Assembly (NCBI GenBank): GCA_964572155.1
Contig: CAZNDZ010000001.1
Span: 718,290-782,289 of the forward strand
Source of the DNA: an uncultured Planctomycetales bacterium
GTDB lineage: Bacteria > Omnitrophota > Gorgyraeia > Zapsychrales > Fredricksoniimonadaceae
DNA: 64,000 nucleotides
Direction: 5' to 3'
Of this stretch, positions 1-10,543 are shown piece by piece. Numbering within the stretch: the first letter of the stretch is position 1; each line of letters opens with the position of its first letter. The notes below the pieces were generated by a model. It saw nothing but the letters and a program-made list of their open reading frames with translations, was not told the DNA's origin and made no database searches. The position numbers were made by a program, and so were the translations under genes.

Positions 1-1
1 C

Positions 2-679
2 ATGGGCATTGATGTCTGCATCATTGTCCCGTTTAATAAGAAGTTTGCTCATGTTTTACCAGAATCATTCATTAAGAAAACATTGGTTGATCAGTTGGAT
101 GTGAAAGCTTTATTTGTCGGCGATGATTTTCGTTTCGGCCGCAATCGCAGTGGTGATGTGGCGTTATTTACTCAATTAGCCAAGAAGTATTGCTATGAAA
201 TGCACGGCGTTAAAGCATTAAAACAAGGAGCGCAACCTATTAGCAGCACTCGCATTCGCCGTTATGTTACCGAGGGTGATTTGTCAGGATGTAGAAAATT
301 ATTGGGCCGCGACTTTGATGTGTTTGGCACGGTTGTCAAAGGCAAAGGACGCGGCAAAGGCTTAGGATTTCCAACCGCCAATGTGCAATACGACAACGGC
401 GTGATGCCCCCCAATGGTGTCTATGCCGTCCGTGTTTTCTACGACAAAAAACAATACCCAGCCGTCGCCAATCTTGGCATTCGCCCTTCATTTAAAGAAA
501 AAGAAAAAAAGCCATTATTAGAAGTCCACATCTTTGATTTCAACAAGGATTTATACGGCAAGAAAATAGATGTGGTATTTATCAAAAAAATCCGTGAAGA
601 AAAATCCTTCAGTAGTCTTGATGCATTAAAGTTGCAAATCGCAGCTGATGTCCAAAAAGCCCACATCATTTTAAAATAA
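2..679 (+). CDS. ribF: Bifunctional riboflavin kinase/FAD synthetase, 5'-truncated by the window edge
   Basis: VGDDFRFG, ISSTRIR, GKGRGKGLGFPTAN, GVYAV, NLGIRPSF, LEVHIFDF and IREEKSF motifs of RibF. Confidence 0.95.
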   Translation: MGIDVCIIVPFNKKFAHVLPESFIKKTLVDQLDVKALFVGDDFRFGRNRSGDVALFTQLAKKYCYEMHGVKALKQGAQPISSTRIRRYVTEGDLSGCRKLLGRDFDVFGTVVKGKGRGKGLGFPTANVQYDNGVMPPNGVYAVRVFYDKKQYPAVANLGIRPSFKEKEKKPLLEVHIFDFNKDLYGKKIDVVFIKKIREEKSFSSLDALKLQIAADVQKAHIILK

Positions 680-719
680 TCAAATATTCACTAATTTAAA
701 TAAATTGCCATTTTGGGTG

Positions 720-748
720 TTGACAACCCATGGGGGTTTCTTTATACT
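720..748 (+). promoter_or_regulatory. Sigma70-type promoter of the dcw operon
   Basis: TTGACA (720-725), 17-nt spacer, TATACT (743-748), upstream of mraZ. Confidence 0.85.
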
Positions 749-756
749 CGTTTGTA

Positions 757-786
757 AGTGGAGCAAAGTGGTGGATTGTGGTGGAG
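757..786 (+). promoter_or_regulatory. MraZ operator: GTGG direct repeats at 10-bp spacing
   Basis: GTGG starts at 758, 768 and 778 (AGTGGAG, AGTGGTG, TGTGGTG) between the -10 box and the mraZ RBS (AGGAG). This matches the known arrangement of MraZ binding repeats. Confidence 0.8.
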
Positions 787-806
787 TTGTTTAATCAGGA
801 GATTTC

Positions 807-1247
807 ATGTTTTACGGTGAGTACGCCCATGGGATTGATACAAAGGGTCGTTTGATTTTGCCTGCTCGTATTCGGGATGTGGCGAAGGAGAATGGCATTG
901 AGAAGTTTTATGTCACCCGCGGGCTTGATAAATGTATTTTTATGTTTGCCGAGGCTGAATGGCATTTGCAGGAAAATAAATTTAAAGGCCTGTCGTTTAC
1001 AAAACAACAAGCGCGTCACTTTAATCGATTGTTCTTCTCGGGTGCTGTTGAGGTTCTTCCAGATCGTCAAGGGCGTTTTATTATCCCGAATTATTTAAAA
1101 GATTTTGCCGGCATTAAAAAAGATGCGGTTGTGATCGGTGTATCGAATCGCATTGAAATTTGGGACACCAAGACGTGGCAAGAATTCTTTAATAAACAGA
1201 GTGCAGATTTTGAAACCACAGCAGAAGGCATGCTGGATTTAAGCTAA
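807..1247 (+). CDS. mraZ: Transcriptional regulator MraZ
   Basis: MFYGEYAHGIDTKGRLILP and DRQGRFIIP (two DxxGR SpoVT/AbrB repeats); RIEIWD; first gene of the dcw cluster. Confidence 0.97.
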   Translation: MFYGEYAHGIDTKGRLILPARIRDVAKENGIEKFYVTRGLDKCIFMFAEAEWHLQENKFKGLSFTKQQARHFNRLFFSGAVEVLPDRQGRFIIPNYLKDFAGIKKDAVVIGVSNRIEIWDTKTWQEFFNKQSADFETTAEGMLDLS

Positions 1248-1252
1248 AGCCC

Positions 1253-2134
1253 ATGCATATTTCTGTCATGCCAGAAGAGGTCTTGGAATTACTTAAGGCC
1301 AAAGCCGGTGGCACTGTGGTGGATGGGACGTTGGGGTTGGCGGGTCATTCTTATTTGATTGCGCAGCAATTAGGTCCCAAGGGACATTTGATTGGCATTG
1401 ATCGCGATAGTTTCGCGATTGAATTGGCTAAGAAAAAACTTGAAGACTTACGGTTGCAAAAAGATTTCTGTCAAGGAAATTTTGCTGATTTAAATGTTCA
1501 TTTACAACAACTTAATGTAACGCATGTCGATGGTGTCTTACTTGATTTAGGAATATCAAGCTTTCAGTTAGACAATGCCGCACGCGGGTTTGCCTTTAGT
1601 AGTGACGGTCCACTAGATATGCGTATGGATCAAAGCCAGGGCGCCAGTGCAGCAGATCTAGTCAATACACTTTCAGAAGACAAGTTAGCGAAGATCATTG
1701 AGGAATTTGGTGAAGATCGTTTTGCTGGGCGCATTGCGAAAGCAATTTTATACAATCGCGCGAAGTTAAAGATTACGACCACTAAGCAGTTGGCGGATAT
1801 TGTGCTGCGTGCATTGCCTCACGGGTATACACGCGGTCGTATTCATCCAGCAACACGCACATTTCAAGCATTGCGCATTGAAGTTAATGATGAATTAGGT
1901 AGTTTGCAAAAAGCTTTGTCGACGTGTTTTGAAGCATTAAAACCGGGTGGGCGATTGGTTATCATCGCGTTTCATTCGCTAGAAGACAGATTAGTAAAGC
2001 AAACGTTTAAGCGGTTTGCGCAAGAAGGTTTAGGTACAATTTTAACGAAAAGGCCATTGGTGCCCACAGACGCTGAATGTGCGGTTAATCCGCGTAGCCG
2101 TTCAGCTAAATTACGAGGGATTGAAAAAATTTAA
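1253..2134 (+). CDS. rsmH: 16S rRNA m4C1402 methyltransferase
   Basis: HISVMPEEV, DGTLGLAGHS, DLGISSFQLD, PLDMRMD, HPATRTFQALRIEVNDEL, FHSLEDR, NPRSRSAKLR. Confidence 0.97.
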   Translation: MHISVMPEEVLELLKAKAGGTVVDGTLGLAGHSYLIAQQLGPKGHLIGIDRDSFAIELAKKKLEDLRLQKDFCQGNFADLNVHLQQLNVTHVDGVLLDLGISSFQLDNAARGFAFSSDGPLDMRMDQSQGASAADLVNTLSEDKLAKIIEEFGEDRFAGRIAKAILYNRAKLKITTTKQLADIVLRALPHGYTRGRIHPATRTFQALRIEVNDELGSLQKALSTCFEALKPGGRLVIIAFHSLEDRLVKQTFKRFAQEGLGTILTKRPLVPTDAECAVNPRSRSAKLRGIEKI

Positions 2135-2514
2135 TGAATTTAGCAAATGCATTTAAAATCATGGTTTTTACCACCATCACGGCGCTTATTTATACGCATA
2201 TGCAAATGCAAATTGTTGAGTATGCCTATAAATCTAAGGCAAAACAACGCCGTATCCATGAACTTCAAGATAGCAATGGCATTTTGACACATCAGATTCT
2301 AGTGTTAAAATCAGCGAAACATTTAGGCGAGCGCATGTTAAATAAGAATGATGCTTTGCAGTTTATAGGGCGCGATAAGGTGATGACGATCAACACACCT
2401 GCGCTTAGAATGCCAGCTCGTCCAACACCAAAGATTAAAGATACAACACAAAGCCCTTTGTGGAATTGGTTGTCATTTCTGTCAATACCAGAAGCTCGCG
2501 CTTTTGATAATTAA
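2134..2514 (+). CDS. ftsL: Probable cell division protein FtsL (divergent)
   Basis: Lies between rsmH and ftsI; short N-terminal hydrophobic segment followed by a coiled-coil-like stretch. Assigned mainly by synteny. Confidence 0.65.
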   Translation: MNLANAFKIMVFTTITALIYTHMQMQIVEYAYKSKAKQRRIHELQDSNGILTHQILVLKSAKHLGERMLNKNDALQFIGRDKVMTINTPALRMPARPTPKIKDTTQSPLWNWLSFLSIPEARAFDN

Positions 2515-2535
2515 TTAAAGGAAATTGAGGCACCT

Positions 2536-4272
2536 TTGTACCTTCGCAAATATCCCTTTCGCTTTGCTGCAGTCTTTATATTTATACTCGCGGGTTTTTG
2601 TTATTCTATTTTTTTCCTTTTTTATATTCAGATCTTTCGCTCGTCGTACCTTTCTCATTTAGCCCAACGCCAGCATGAACATTTAAAGTCGATCGATCCA
2701 AAGCGGGGAACCATTTATGACCGTAATTTAAGGCCGTTGGCGATTAATTTACCTGTTTATTCCGTGTACGCAAATCCACGCATGTTGCGTAAATCACACA
2801 GCATGGATGAAATCATTACAGAGCTCGCCGCCATCTTAAAGATGGATCGTAGGGTTTTGGCTCAAAAAGTCAGCAAGGATAAATACTTTGTTTGGGTAAC
2901 GCGCATGTTGCCCCAGTCAACCTATGAAGCCATTAAGGCCAAACATTTTCCAGGCATTGGTTTTATTAAAGAGAGTAAACGTTTTTATCCTAATAAATAC
3001 TTAGCGTCGCATTTGGTTGGATTTGCAGGGATTGATAATACAGGTTTGGATGGTTTGGAACGTGATTATGATAAATATTTAAAGGGAACGGCCGGTAGCT
3101 CGATCACCTTGCGTGATGCCCGTCAGCGGGAATTAACCGAGCGGGATATTCGACCACCCGTCGATGGTTTTGATTTGGTGTTAACGATTGATGAGACCAT
3201 CCAGTATTTGGCAGAGCAAGCGTTGGATAAAATGTATCGTAAATACAATGCCAAGGGTGGCAGCATCATTGTTATGGACACAAAGACAGGTGAGATTTTA
3301 GCATTTGCAAATCGTCCGACGTATGATTTGGAGAAACCTGGCGCAAGTTCACCAGAAGCAAGGACCAATCGGGCGATTGTTTTTACCTATGAGCCTGGGT
3401 CTGTTTTTAAGATTGTGACGGCAGCAGGTGGTTTGCAGGAAAAGGTTGTTAAAGAAAATGATATTATTAATTGTGAGCATGGTGCATATAGGGTGGGGAA
3501 TCACATCTTACATGATCATGAACCTGCAGGGAACTTAACATTTAGACAAGTCATGGAGCAGTCGAGTAATATTGGGACGGTTAAAGTTGCGCAGCGCTTA
3601 GGACCACAACGTCTATATAATTATGCCCATCGTTTTCGATTTGGCATGAAGACAGGCATTGATTTACCAGGAGAAGCCCGTGGTTATTTAAAGTCCGTTA
3701 AGAATTGGTCTAAGACATCTATAGGTGCTATACCCATTGGCCAGGAAGTGACAGTTACTCCACTACAGATGGTCTCTGTCATGGCCGCCATCGCAAATAA
3801 TGGGGTGTATATGAGGCCTTTTGTGGTTAAGTACATTAAAGACAGCCAAGGACAAATTATTCAAGAACATAAGCCGCTGATTTTGGATAAAATCATGACA
3901 GACGACATTGCTAAACGATTACATTCTATTTTGCGAGGTGTAGTTGATAATGGGACGGCTAAGAAAGCGCAGATTGAAGGTGTTTCCGTTGCTGGTAAGA
4001 CAGGTACGGCTCAGAAAGTTGTTGGTGGGGCATACTCGCATTCGAATTTTTATGCAACCTTTGTTGGCTTTGCTCCTGTCGAAAATCCAAGGCTTGCCTG
4101 CGTGGTTGTTTTTGATGAGCCACATCCTGTTTATTATGGGGGTTTAGTTTCTGCACCTGTATTCAAAGAAGTTATAGAAAATAGTTTGCGGTATTTAAAT
4201 GCGCAAGAGACCAAAGAAATTTCCGACATGGATGATAATGCACCTGAAAATGAGCCGAGGTATAAGGATTAA
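2536..4272 (+). CDS. ftsI: Division transpeptidase PBP3/FtsI (class B PBP)
   Basis: N-terminal TM; RGTIYDRN; RFYP; GLE; SxxK (EPGSVFK), SSN and KTGT motifs; TTG start after GAGG. Confidence 0.93.
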   Translation: MYLRKYPFRFAAVFIFILAGFCYSIFFLFYIQIFRSSYLSHLAQRQHEHLKSIDPKRGTIYDRNLRPLAINLPVYSVYANPRMLRKSHSMDEIITELAAILKMDRRVLAQKVSKDKYFVWVTRMLPQSTYEAIKAKHFPGIGFIKESKRFYPNKYLASHLVGFAGIDNTGLDGLERDYDKYLKGTAGSSITLRDARQRELTERDIRPPVDGFDLVLTIDETIQYLAEQALDKMYRKYNAKGGSIIVMDTKTGEILAFANRPTYDLEKPGASSPEARTNRAIVFTYEPGSVFKIVTAAGGLQEKVVKENDIINCEHGAYRVGNHILHDHEPAGNLTFRQVMEQSSNIGTVKVAQRLGPQRLYNYAHRFRFGMKTGIDLPGEARGYLKSVKNWSKTSIGAIPIGQEVTVTPLQMVSVMAAIANNGVYMRPFVVKYIKDSQGQIIQEHKPLILDKIMTDDIAKRLHSILRGVVDNGTAKKAQIEGVSVAGKTGTAQKVVGGAYSHSNFYATFVGFAPVENPRLACVVVFDEPHPVYYGGLVSAPVFKEVIENSLRYLNAQETKEISDMDDNAPENEPRYKD

Positions 4273-4273
4273 C

Positions 4274-5713
4274 ATGACGCTAACCGCGCTGCTAGAAAAA
4301 TTATCAGGCATTCAGTGCGATGGAAAGATCGATGCTGTTGATGTTAAATCTATTAGCTGTGACTCACGCGAAGATCAGCGTGGCGCATTATTTGTTGCTT
4401 TAGGTGGTTTTAAATTTAAGGGCGCAAATTTTGTGTCAGATGTTATTGCCAAGGGCGCTGTGGCCATTGTTATTGCACACAACGAGATGTTAAGTCAAGT
4501 GCCAGCACACGTTGTGATCATACGCACACAAGATCCTAAAGCCATGCTGCGCACATTGGCACTACGATTTTATGGTAATCCCTCGCAATATGTTAAGACC
4601 GTTGGCATAACTGGTACCAATGGTAAAACAACATTTACGTATTTGTTAGAATCGATCATTCATGCCGCCAATCAAACCTGTGGGGTCATCGGCACCGTCA
4701 ATTATCGCATCGGCCAAGAAATTGTTCCGGCGAAGAATACAACCCCTGGCTTTATCGATATGCAGCGTTTCTTGGGTTTACTTAAAACGCGTCATGCTCA
4801 ATATTGTGTGATGGAGGTTTCATCACATGCGCTACATCAGGGTCGGGTGGATGGCATTGATTTCTCCGCCGCTGTTTTTTCGAACTTAACCCAAGATCAT
4901 CTAGATTACCATCAAACCATGGAAGCATATTTTCAGGCCAAGGCTTTATTATTTAAGCGACAAGTGCCTGCCGTTATCAATGTGGATGACCGATATGGCA
5001 AACGTTTGTGTCAGATGGCACAAGGTAAAGTTATCACGTATGGGATTGATAGTGACGCAGATATTAAAGCAGTTAACATTAAATATGATTTAAGCGGAAC
5101 CACCTTTGACATCAAAGATAAAGTGTCAATAAAGACGGCACTTATTGGTAAACATAATGTTTACAATATTTTGTCTGCGATCACCTGTGCGCATGTACTG
5201 GGGTTTGGTTTCGATGTGATAAAAAAAGGTGTCGAAGCGTTAACCAATGTCCCAGGCCGACTAGAAGCGGTGAGAACAGGGAAAGATTTTTATGTGTTTA
5301 TTGATTATGCACATACCGAAGATGGGTTGGTCAATGTGCTTAAGTCCTTGCGTACTGTAAGTCAAAATAAAATCATCACCGTCTTTGGTTGTGGTGGCGA
5401 TCGTGATAACACCAAGCGACCCAAGATGGGTGCAGCTGTTTGTGTACTATCAGATCATGCCATCATCACCTCAGATAATCCACGTAGTGAAGATCCCAGC
5501 GTTATCATTGATCAGATCGTCAAAGGTTTTACGAAAAAGAATTATGAAGTGTGCGTCGATCGCAAAGAAGCCATTGGTCGGGCGCTTAAACAAGCCAAGG
5601 CTGGAGCAATTGTTTTATTGGCAGGTAAAGGTCATGAAGATTATCAGATCTTAAAAGACCGCACCATTAAGTTTAATGAACACGCAATCGTCAAGGAGTT
5701 GATCGGTGTTTAG
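4274..5713 (+). CDS. murE: UDP-MurNAc-tripeptide synthetase (meso-DAP type)
   Basis: GITGTNGKTT, MEVSSHAL, NLTQDHLDYH, DYAHT, FGCGGDRD, DNPR (DAP specificity), GKGHE. Start moved from 4199 to ATG 4274, which follows AAGGA. Confidence 0.95.
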   Translation: MTLTALLEKLSGIQCDGKIDAVDVKSISCDSREDQRGALFVALGGFKFKGANFVSDVIAKGAVAIVIAHNEMLSQVPAHVVIIRTQDPKAMLRTLALRFYGNPSQYVKTVGITGTNGKTTFTYLLESIIHAANQTCGVIGTVNYRIGQEIVPAKNTTPGFIDMQRFLGLLKTRHAQYCVMEVSSHALHQGRVDGIDFSAAVFSNLTQDHLDYHQTMEAYFQAKALLFKRQVPAVINVDDRYGKRLCQMAQGKVITYGIDSDADIKAVNIKYDLSGTTFDIKDKVSIKTALIGKHNVYNILSAITCAHVLGFGFDVIKKGVEALTNVPGRLEAVRTGKDFYVFIDYAHTEDGLVNVLKSLRTVSQNKIITVFGCGGDRDNTKRPKMGAAVCVLSDHAIITSDNPRSEDPSVIIDQIVKGFTKKNYEVCVDRKEAIGRALKQAKAGAIVLLAGKGHEDYQILKDRTIKFNEHAIVKELIGV

Positions 5714-7088
5714 TATAAAAGAAATCATCGCCGCGACAAATGGGAAATTGCTCTCAGGAAAAGCTGAGGGTAAGGTCATGGGCGTTAGCATTGATTCACG
5801 CCAGGTTAAGGCCAATCAATTGTTTATTGCCGTTAAAGGTGAAATCTTTGACGGGCATGATTTTATTAAGGATGTTGTGTTGCGTGGCATCAAGGTGATT
5901 GTGGTGCATAAAGACGTTGCTGTTCCACAAGGCAATGTGAGTGTTATTCTAGTCAAAGATACAACCAAAGCTTTGGGAGATTTAGCTAGATTTTATCGCC
6001 TGCGTTTTAAAATCCCTGTCATTGCCATCACAGGTAGTGCAGGTAAAACAACCACTAAGGAAATGATCGCCGCTGTTCTTTCCCGCAAACACAAGGTATT
6101 AAAGAATGAAGGTACCCAGAATAATCATATCGGCGTGCCATTAACACTTTTTAAGTTAAAACCCTCGCATTCTATTGTGGTTATGGAATGCGGCACCAAT
6201 CAACCTGGTGATATCCCATGGTTATCGGATGTATTGCGTCCAACAGCGGCTGTGTTTACCAATATCGGGGAATCACATTTAGAAAAATTAGGCAGTCCGT
6301 CAGGTGTTCTAAAAGAAAAGTGGACTTTGACCCAATTTTTACCCAAGGGCTCACCGGTCATTATTAATGCCGATGATGTACTATTATCAAAGAAAGCAGC
6401 ACCATCTAAAAGAAAATACAAAGTTATCACGTATGGGATTTATAAGTCAGCCACACTACAAGCCAATACCATCATTGTGCATGGTGCGACGTCCATGACC
6501 TTTGCAGTTTCAGGAAAAAGCATTGAACTTCATTCTTGCGGGATTAATAATGTTTATAATAGTTTAGCAGCTTATGCCTGTGGCATCACCTTCGGTGTAA
6601 AGCCTGTGGATATTGTTGCGGCATTAGGCGCGTTTGAGTTTCCTCAAGGCCGTGGGCAAATATTAAAACTTGGTCGTGGTTGGTTACTGAATGATGCCTA
6701 TAATGCGAATCCTGTCTCGATGCGCAGCGCCTTACAAACATTAGAAGCCATGTCCGTTTCGGGTAAGAAAATTGTGGTTGCGGCAGATATGTTGGAATTA
6801 GGCAAGCAGTCCGCAACATTACATGCGTCGATTGGGGCTTTGATGGCGCGCTTGCACGTGGATGTGTTGATTACGGTGGGTGCGTTGGCGCGGCACATAG
6901 GTGTTGAAGCCCGTCGGAAGAATAAGCGCATGACGGTTGTGGCGTGCAAGGATGTGGAAGGCGCTAAAATGCATTTGGCTAAACTTTTTGAAAATGGGGA
7001 TGCGCTCTTGGTTAAAGGGTCGCGTCGGATGAAAATGGAAAACGTGGTGGAGTTTTTGTTAGAATCACCACAAGCTGTTTTACATTAA
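5706..7088 (+). CDS. murF: UDP-MurNAc-pentapeptide synthetase
   Basis: DSR, DGHDF, ITGSAGKTTTKEM, NNHIGVPLTL, NDAYNANPVSM, DMLELG, KGSR. Confidence 0.95.
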   Translation: MFSIKEIIAATNGKLLSGKAEGKVMGVSIDSRQVKANQLFIAVKGEIFDGHDFIKDVVLRGIKVIVVHKDVAVPQGNVSVILVKDTTKALGDLARFYRLRFKIPVIAITGSAGKTTTKEMIAAVLSRKHKVLKNEGTQNNHIGVPLTLFKLKPSHSIVVMECGTNQPGDIPWLSDVLRPTAAVFTNIGESHLEKLGSPSGVLKEKWTLTQFLPKGSPVIINADDVLLSKKAAPSKRKYKVITYGIYKSATLQANTIIVHGATSMTFAVSGKSIELHSCGINNVYNSLAAYACGITFGVKPVDIVAALGAFEFPQGRGQILKLGRGWLLNDAYNANPVSMRSALQTLEAMSVSGKKIVVAADMLELGKQSATLHASIGALMARLHVDVLITVGALARHIGVEARRKNKRMTVVACKDVEGAKMHLAKLFENGDALLVKGSRRMKMENVVEFLLESPQAVLH

Positions 7089-7101
7089 TTAAGGGTTACG
7101 C

Positions 7102-8190
7102 ATGTTTTATTTCTTATCAAATTTCGCCGCAGATTTTTCGTTCTTAAATATTTTTCGCTACATCACGTTTCGCGCCGGCATGGCGGCGTTTACATCATTT
7201 GTCTTGTGTTTGATCTTTGGGCCCATTTTTATTCGTTTATTTAAAGAACACAAAATCAAAGAGATTAACAAACGCAAAGATGCTCCGTCGCTCGATAAGT
7301 TTCAGGAGAAAAAAGAAGGCACGCCAACCATGGGCGGGATTTTTATTATCGGCAGCATTGTCACCTCAGTATTGTTGTGGGCAAACTTATCCAATCATTT
7401 TATTTTAGTAACATTGTTTGTTTGCGTGTCGCTGAGTTTAGTTGGCGGGGCGGATGACTATATAAAGCTTAAAGGCATTGGTAAACATCGTGGCATTAAG
7501 TCGCGCACAAAGCTTGTGTGGCAGTTGCTCATTGCGTCGGTGGCAGCATTGTATGCGTATTTAAATCCTAGTGTCACCAGTGATTTAGATATCCCGTTCT
7601 TAAAATATTTGGTCATTGATCTTGGGGCTTTCTTTGTGTTTTGGGTCGTTGTGGTTGTGGTTGGTTCATCGAATGCTGTTAATCTAACCGATGGGCTTGA
7701 TGGTCTAGCCATTGGCACAACCTTGATGGTGGCTTTTACCTTGGGCATCTTAAGTTATGTGTCGGGTAACTTTGCCATGAGCGATTATTTGTGGGTGCCG
7801 TATGTTCCAGGAACAGGTGAACTGACGGTTTTTTGTGCTGCGATTGTCGGAGCTAGTTTAGGTTTCTTGTGGTTTAATTGTCATCCAGCAACGGTTTTTA
7901 TGGGCGATGTTGGTTCGCTTGCCTTAGGTGGTTGTATTGGGATCATTGCGGTCTTTATTAAGAAGGAAATTTGGTTAATCGTTTTAGGCGGCGTGTTTGT
8001 CATTGAAGCAGGGTCAGTGATTTTACAAGTTTTATCGTTTAAGTTAACAGGAAAACGGATTTTTAAGATGTCGCCTTTTCACCATCATTTGCAATTATCT
8101 GGATGGAATGAAAATAAAATCATCGTACGTTTTTGGATCATCGCTATTATCTTAGCGATGTTGACACTGACCATATTGAAGATTAGATAA
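7102..8190 (+). CDS. mraY: Phospho-MurNAc-pentapeptide transferase
   Basis: KEGTPTMGG, DDYIK, NAVNLTDGLDGLA, FMGDVGSLALGG, MSPFHHH; multiple TM helices. Confidence 0.97.
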   Translation: MFYFLSNFAADFSFLNIFRYITFRAGMAAFTSFVLCLIFGPIFIRLFKEHKIKEINKRKDAPSLDKFQEKKEGTPTMGGIFIIGSIVTSVLLWANLSNHFILVTLFVCVSLSLVGGADDYIKLKGIGKHRGIKSRTKLVWQLLIASVAALYAYLNPSVTSDLDIPFLKYLVIDLGAFFVFWVVVVVVGSSNAVNLTDGLDGLAIGTTLMVAFTLGILSYVSGNFAMSDYLWVPYVPGTGELTVFCAAIVGASLGFLWFNCHPATVFMGDVGSLALGGCIGIIAVFIKKEIWLIVLGGVFVIEAGSVILQVLSFKLTGKRIFKMSPFHHHLQLSGWNENKIIVRFWIIAIILAMLTLTILKIR

Positions 8191-8192
8191 TC

Positions 8193-9452
8193 ATGTCATT
8201 TGAACTTAAAGGAAAGTTTGGAACAGTCATTGGTGCAGCACGCAGCGGCATTGCTGTTGCCAACACCATTGCTGCCAAGGGGGGTAAGGCGCAGGTTTCT
8301 GAATTTAAACAACGTGATGTTGTTGAAAAAGAATTGCAGGGGCTGTCTAAGGATGTAGCCATAGAATGTGGCGGACACACCAAAGATTTTATTTTAAGAA
8401 GTGATTTTGTGGTTTTGTCCCCAGGCGTGCGCATGGATATCCCGCCGGTCATTTGGGCTAAGGCTGCCGGCATCGAGGTGATGGGTGAGATTGAGTTTGC
8501 CTATCGTTTATGCCCGTGTCCAATTATCGCAGTGACGGGTAGCAATGGTAAGACAACCACGGTCACTTTGATAACGGAGGTCTTAAAGAAAACAGGACAT
8601 AATGCTATATTATGCGGCAATATTGGAAGTCCTTTCTCAAAGCATGTATTAACATTAACAGCGTCGGATATTGTTGTTCTAGAAATCAGCTCTTTTCAGT
8701 TAGAATCAACTCTAACCTTTAAACCTAAGGTTGCGCTCTGGCTTAATTTTTCTCAAAATCATTTAGATCGGCATAAGGATTTGCAGGAATATTTCGATGC
8801 GAAGAAGAAAATCTTAGCAAATCAAGATGGCAGTGACACCGCTGTCTTAAATGCAGCTCAGCCTGAGTTTTTGGAGTTGGCAAAATCACTGAAGTCGAAG
8901 GTGGTTTATTTTAATACAGCAGAACAGCAAAGCCTTCAACTTAACCCAAATCAATTGGCAGTCATGACCGTCGCTAAAGTCATGGGTGTTGCGTCCCAAG
9001 TATGCCAGAAAGTTTTTGCAGAATTTAAAGGAGTTGAGCATCGTCAAGAGTTTGTCAGGACCATCGACGGGGTTGACTATATTAATGATTCAAAATCAAC
9101 AACACCAGAAGCAGGTACATGGGCACTCAATCATTTGACCAAGCCGCTCATTATGATTTGCGGCGGGAGTGATAAGCATTTGGATTTTTCACCGCTCAAG
9201 GGTTTGGTTAAGTCTAAGGTTAAGAGAATGATTGTCATTGGGCAAACCAAGGAACAACTACGACAAACGTTTGCGGATGTTGTTCCTGTCAGTGTTAGCG
9301 ATACTTTGGAAAATGCTGTCTTGTTGGCGCGTAGGGAAGCATCGTCTGGGCAAATGGTTGTATTGTCGCCGATGTGTGCGAGTTTTGATATGTTTAACGA
9401 CTATGAACACCGTGGCCGCGTGTTCAAAGATATTGTGAGTAAAATAAAATGA
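8193..9452 (+). CDS. murD: UDP-MurNAc-L-Ala-D-Glu ligase
   Basis: GAARSG, VLSPG, VTGSNGKTT, GNIG, LEISSFQL, HLDRH, INDSKST, SPMCASFDMF. Confidence 0.96.
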   Translation: MSFELKGKFGTVIGAARSGIAVANTIAAKGGKAQVSEFKQRDVVEKELQGLSKDVAIECGGHTKDFILRSDFVVLSPGVRMDIPPVIWAKAAGIEVMGEIEFAYRLCPCPIIAVTGSNGKTTTVTLITEVLKKTGHNAILCGNIGSPFSKHVLTLTASDIVVLEISSFQLESTLTFKPKVALWLNFSQNHLDRHKDLQEYFDAKKKILANQDGSDTAVLNAAQPEFLELAKSLKSKVVYFNTAEQQSLQLNPNQLAVMTVAKVMGVASQVCQKVFAEFKGVEHRQEFVRTIDGVDYINDSKSTTPEAGTWALNHLTKPLIMICGGSDKHLDFSPLKGLVKSKVKRMIVIGQTKEQLRQTFADVVPVSVSDTLENAVLLARREASSGQMVVLSPMCASFDMFNDYEHRGRVFKDIVSKIK

Positions 9453-10543
9453 GAGACTCCCGCGTTGCTTTAACGATTGTGACTATGATGCTCATTTGTG
9501 TTGGTATCGTGATGATATATTCCGCTAGCTGTGTCAATGCGATGGAAATATACAAAGACAGCATGTATTACCTTAAACGTCATTTGATATTCTTAGTCAT
9601 GGGATTGATAACAGCGTACGTTGTCATGTCCGTTGATTATCACCGCATCAAACCACATGCACGTACGATTTTGATGGTCAGCATTGTTTTATTAGCGTTG
9701 GTATTGATCCCACATATTGGTAAAGAAAGCTATGGTGCGAGACGCTGGTTTAAATTGGGGGCATTCCATTTTCAACCTTCAGAGTTAGCAAAACTTGCCA
9801 TGATTGTTTTTACGGCAGATTTTCTTGCACGTAAGCAAGAAATGATAAAAAATTTTTGGCGGGGGTTTATGCCAGTCCTTATTGTGATGGGCATTGTTTG
9901 TGCATTGACCGTTAAGCAGCCAGATCTTGGTACAACTGTTGAAACAGCATTTGTCGTTCTAGTAATGTTGTTCATCGCTGGTGCACGCAAACGTCATATG
10001 GCCATCATTGGTTTAGGGGGCATAGTTTTAGTGACATATTTAATCATCAAAGAACCGTATCGCATGGCGCGTATCATTGCGTTTTTAGACCCTTGGCAAG
10101 ATAGTCGAGGCATTGGTTTTCAATTAACCCAATCTCAGATTGCCTTGGGTTCCGGCGGTGTTTTTGGTGTAGGACTTGGACATAGCCAACAGAAGTTGTT
10201 TTATTTGCCCGCAGCGCATACGGATTTTATTTTATCGATCATTGGTGAAGAAATGGGGATGATTGGGGCATTTGCGGTGATTGGATTATTTGTAATGTTC
10301 ATCTGGTACGGCACACGCATTATCCGCCAGACGCATGATGCCTTTGGGTATTTCTTAGCAATTGGTATTGTCACCATGTTGGGGTTACAAGCCATGGTTA
10401 ATATTGGTGTTTCTATAGGCGCATTTCCAACCAAAGGTTTGCCGTTGCCTTTTATTAGCTATGGTGGTTCTGCGTTAATCTTCCATCTCATGGCTATTGG
10501 CATCTTGCTCAATGTTTCTAAGTCCGGAGACTATAAGATATGA
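9449..10543 (+). CDS. ftsW: SEDS peptidoglycan polymerase FtsW
   Basis: GARRW, FQPSELAK, QPDLGT, LPAAHTDFI, GEEMG, PTKGLPLPFISYGGS; lies between murD and murG. Confidence 0.95.
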   Translation: MRDSRVALTIVTMMLICVGIVMIYSASCVNAMEIYKDSMYYLKRHLIFLVMGLITAYVVMSVDYHRIKPHARTILMVSIVLLALVLIPHIGKESYGARRWFKLGAFHFQPSELAKLAMIVFTADFLARKQEMIKNFWRGFMPVLIVMGIVCALTVKQPDLGTTVETAFVVLVMLFIAGARKRHMAIIGLGGIVLVTYLIIKEPYRMARIIAFLDPWQDSRGIGFQLTQSQIALGSGGVFGVGLGHSQQKLFYLPAAHTDFILSIIGEEMGMIGAFAVIGLFVMFIWYGTRIIRQTHDAFGYFLAIGIVTMLGLQAMVNIGVSIGAFPTKGLPLPFISYGGSALIFHLMAIGILLNVSKSGDYKI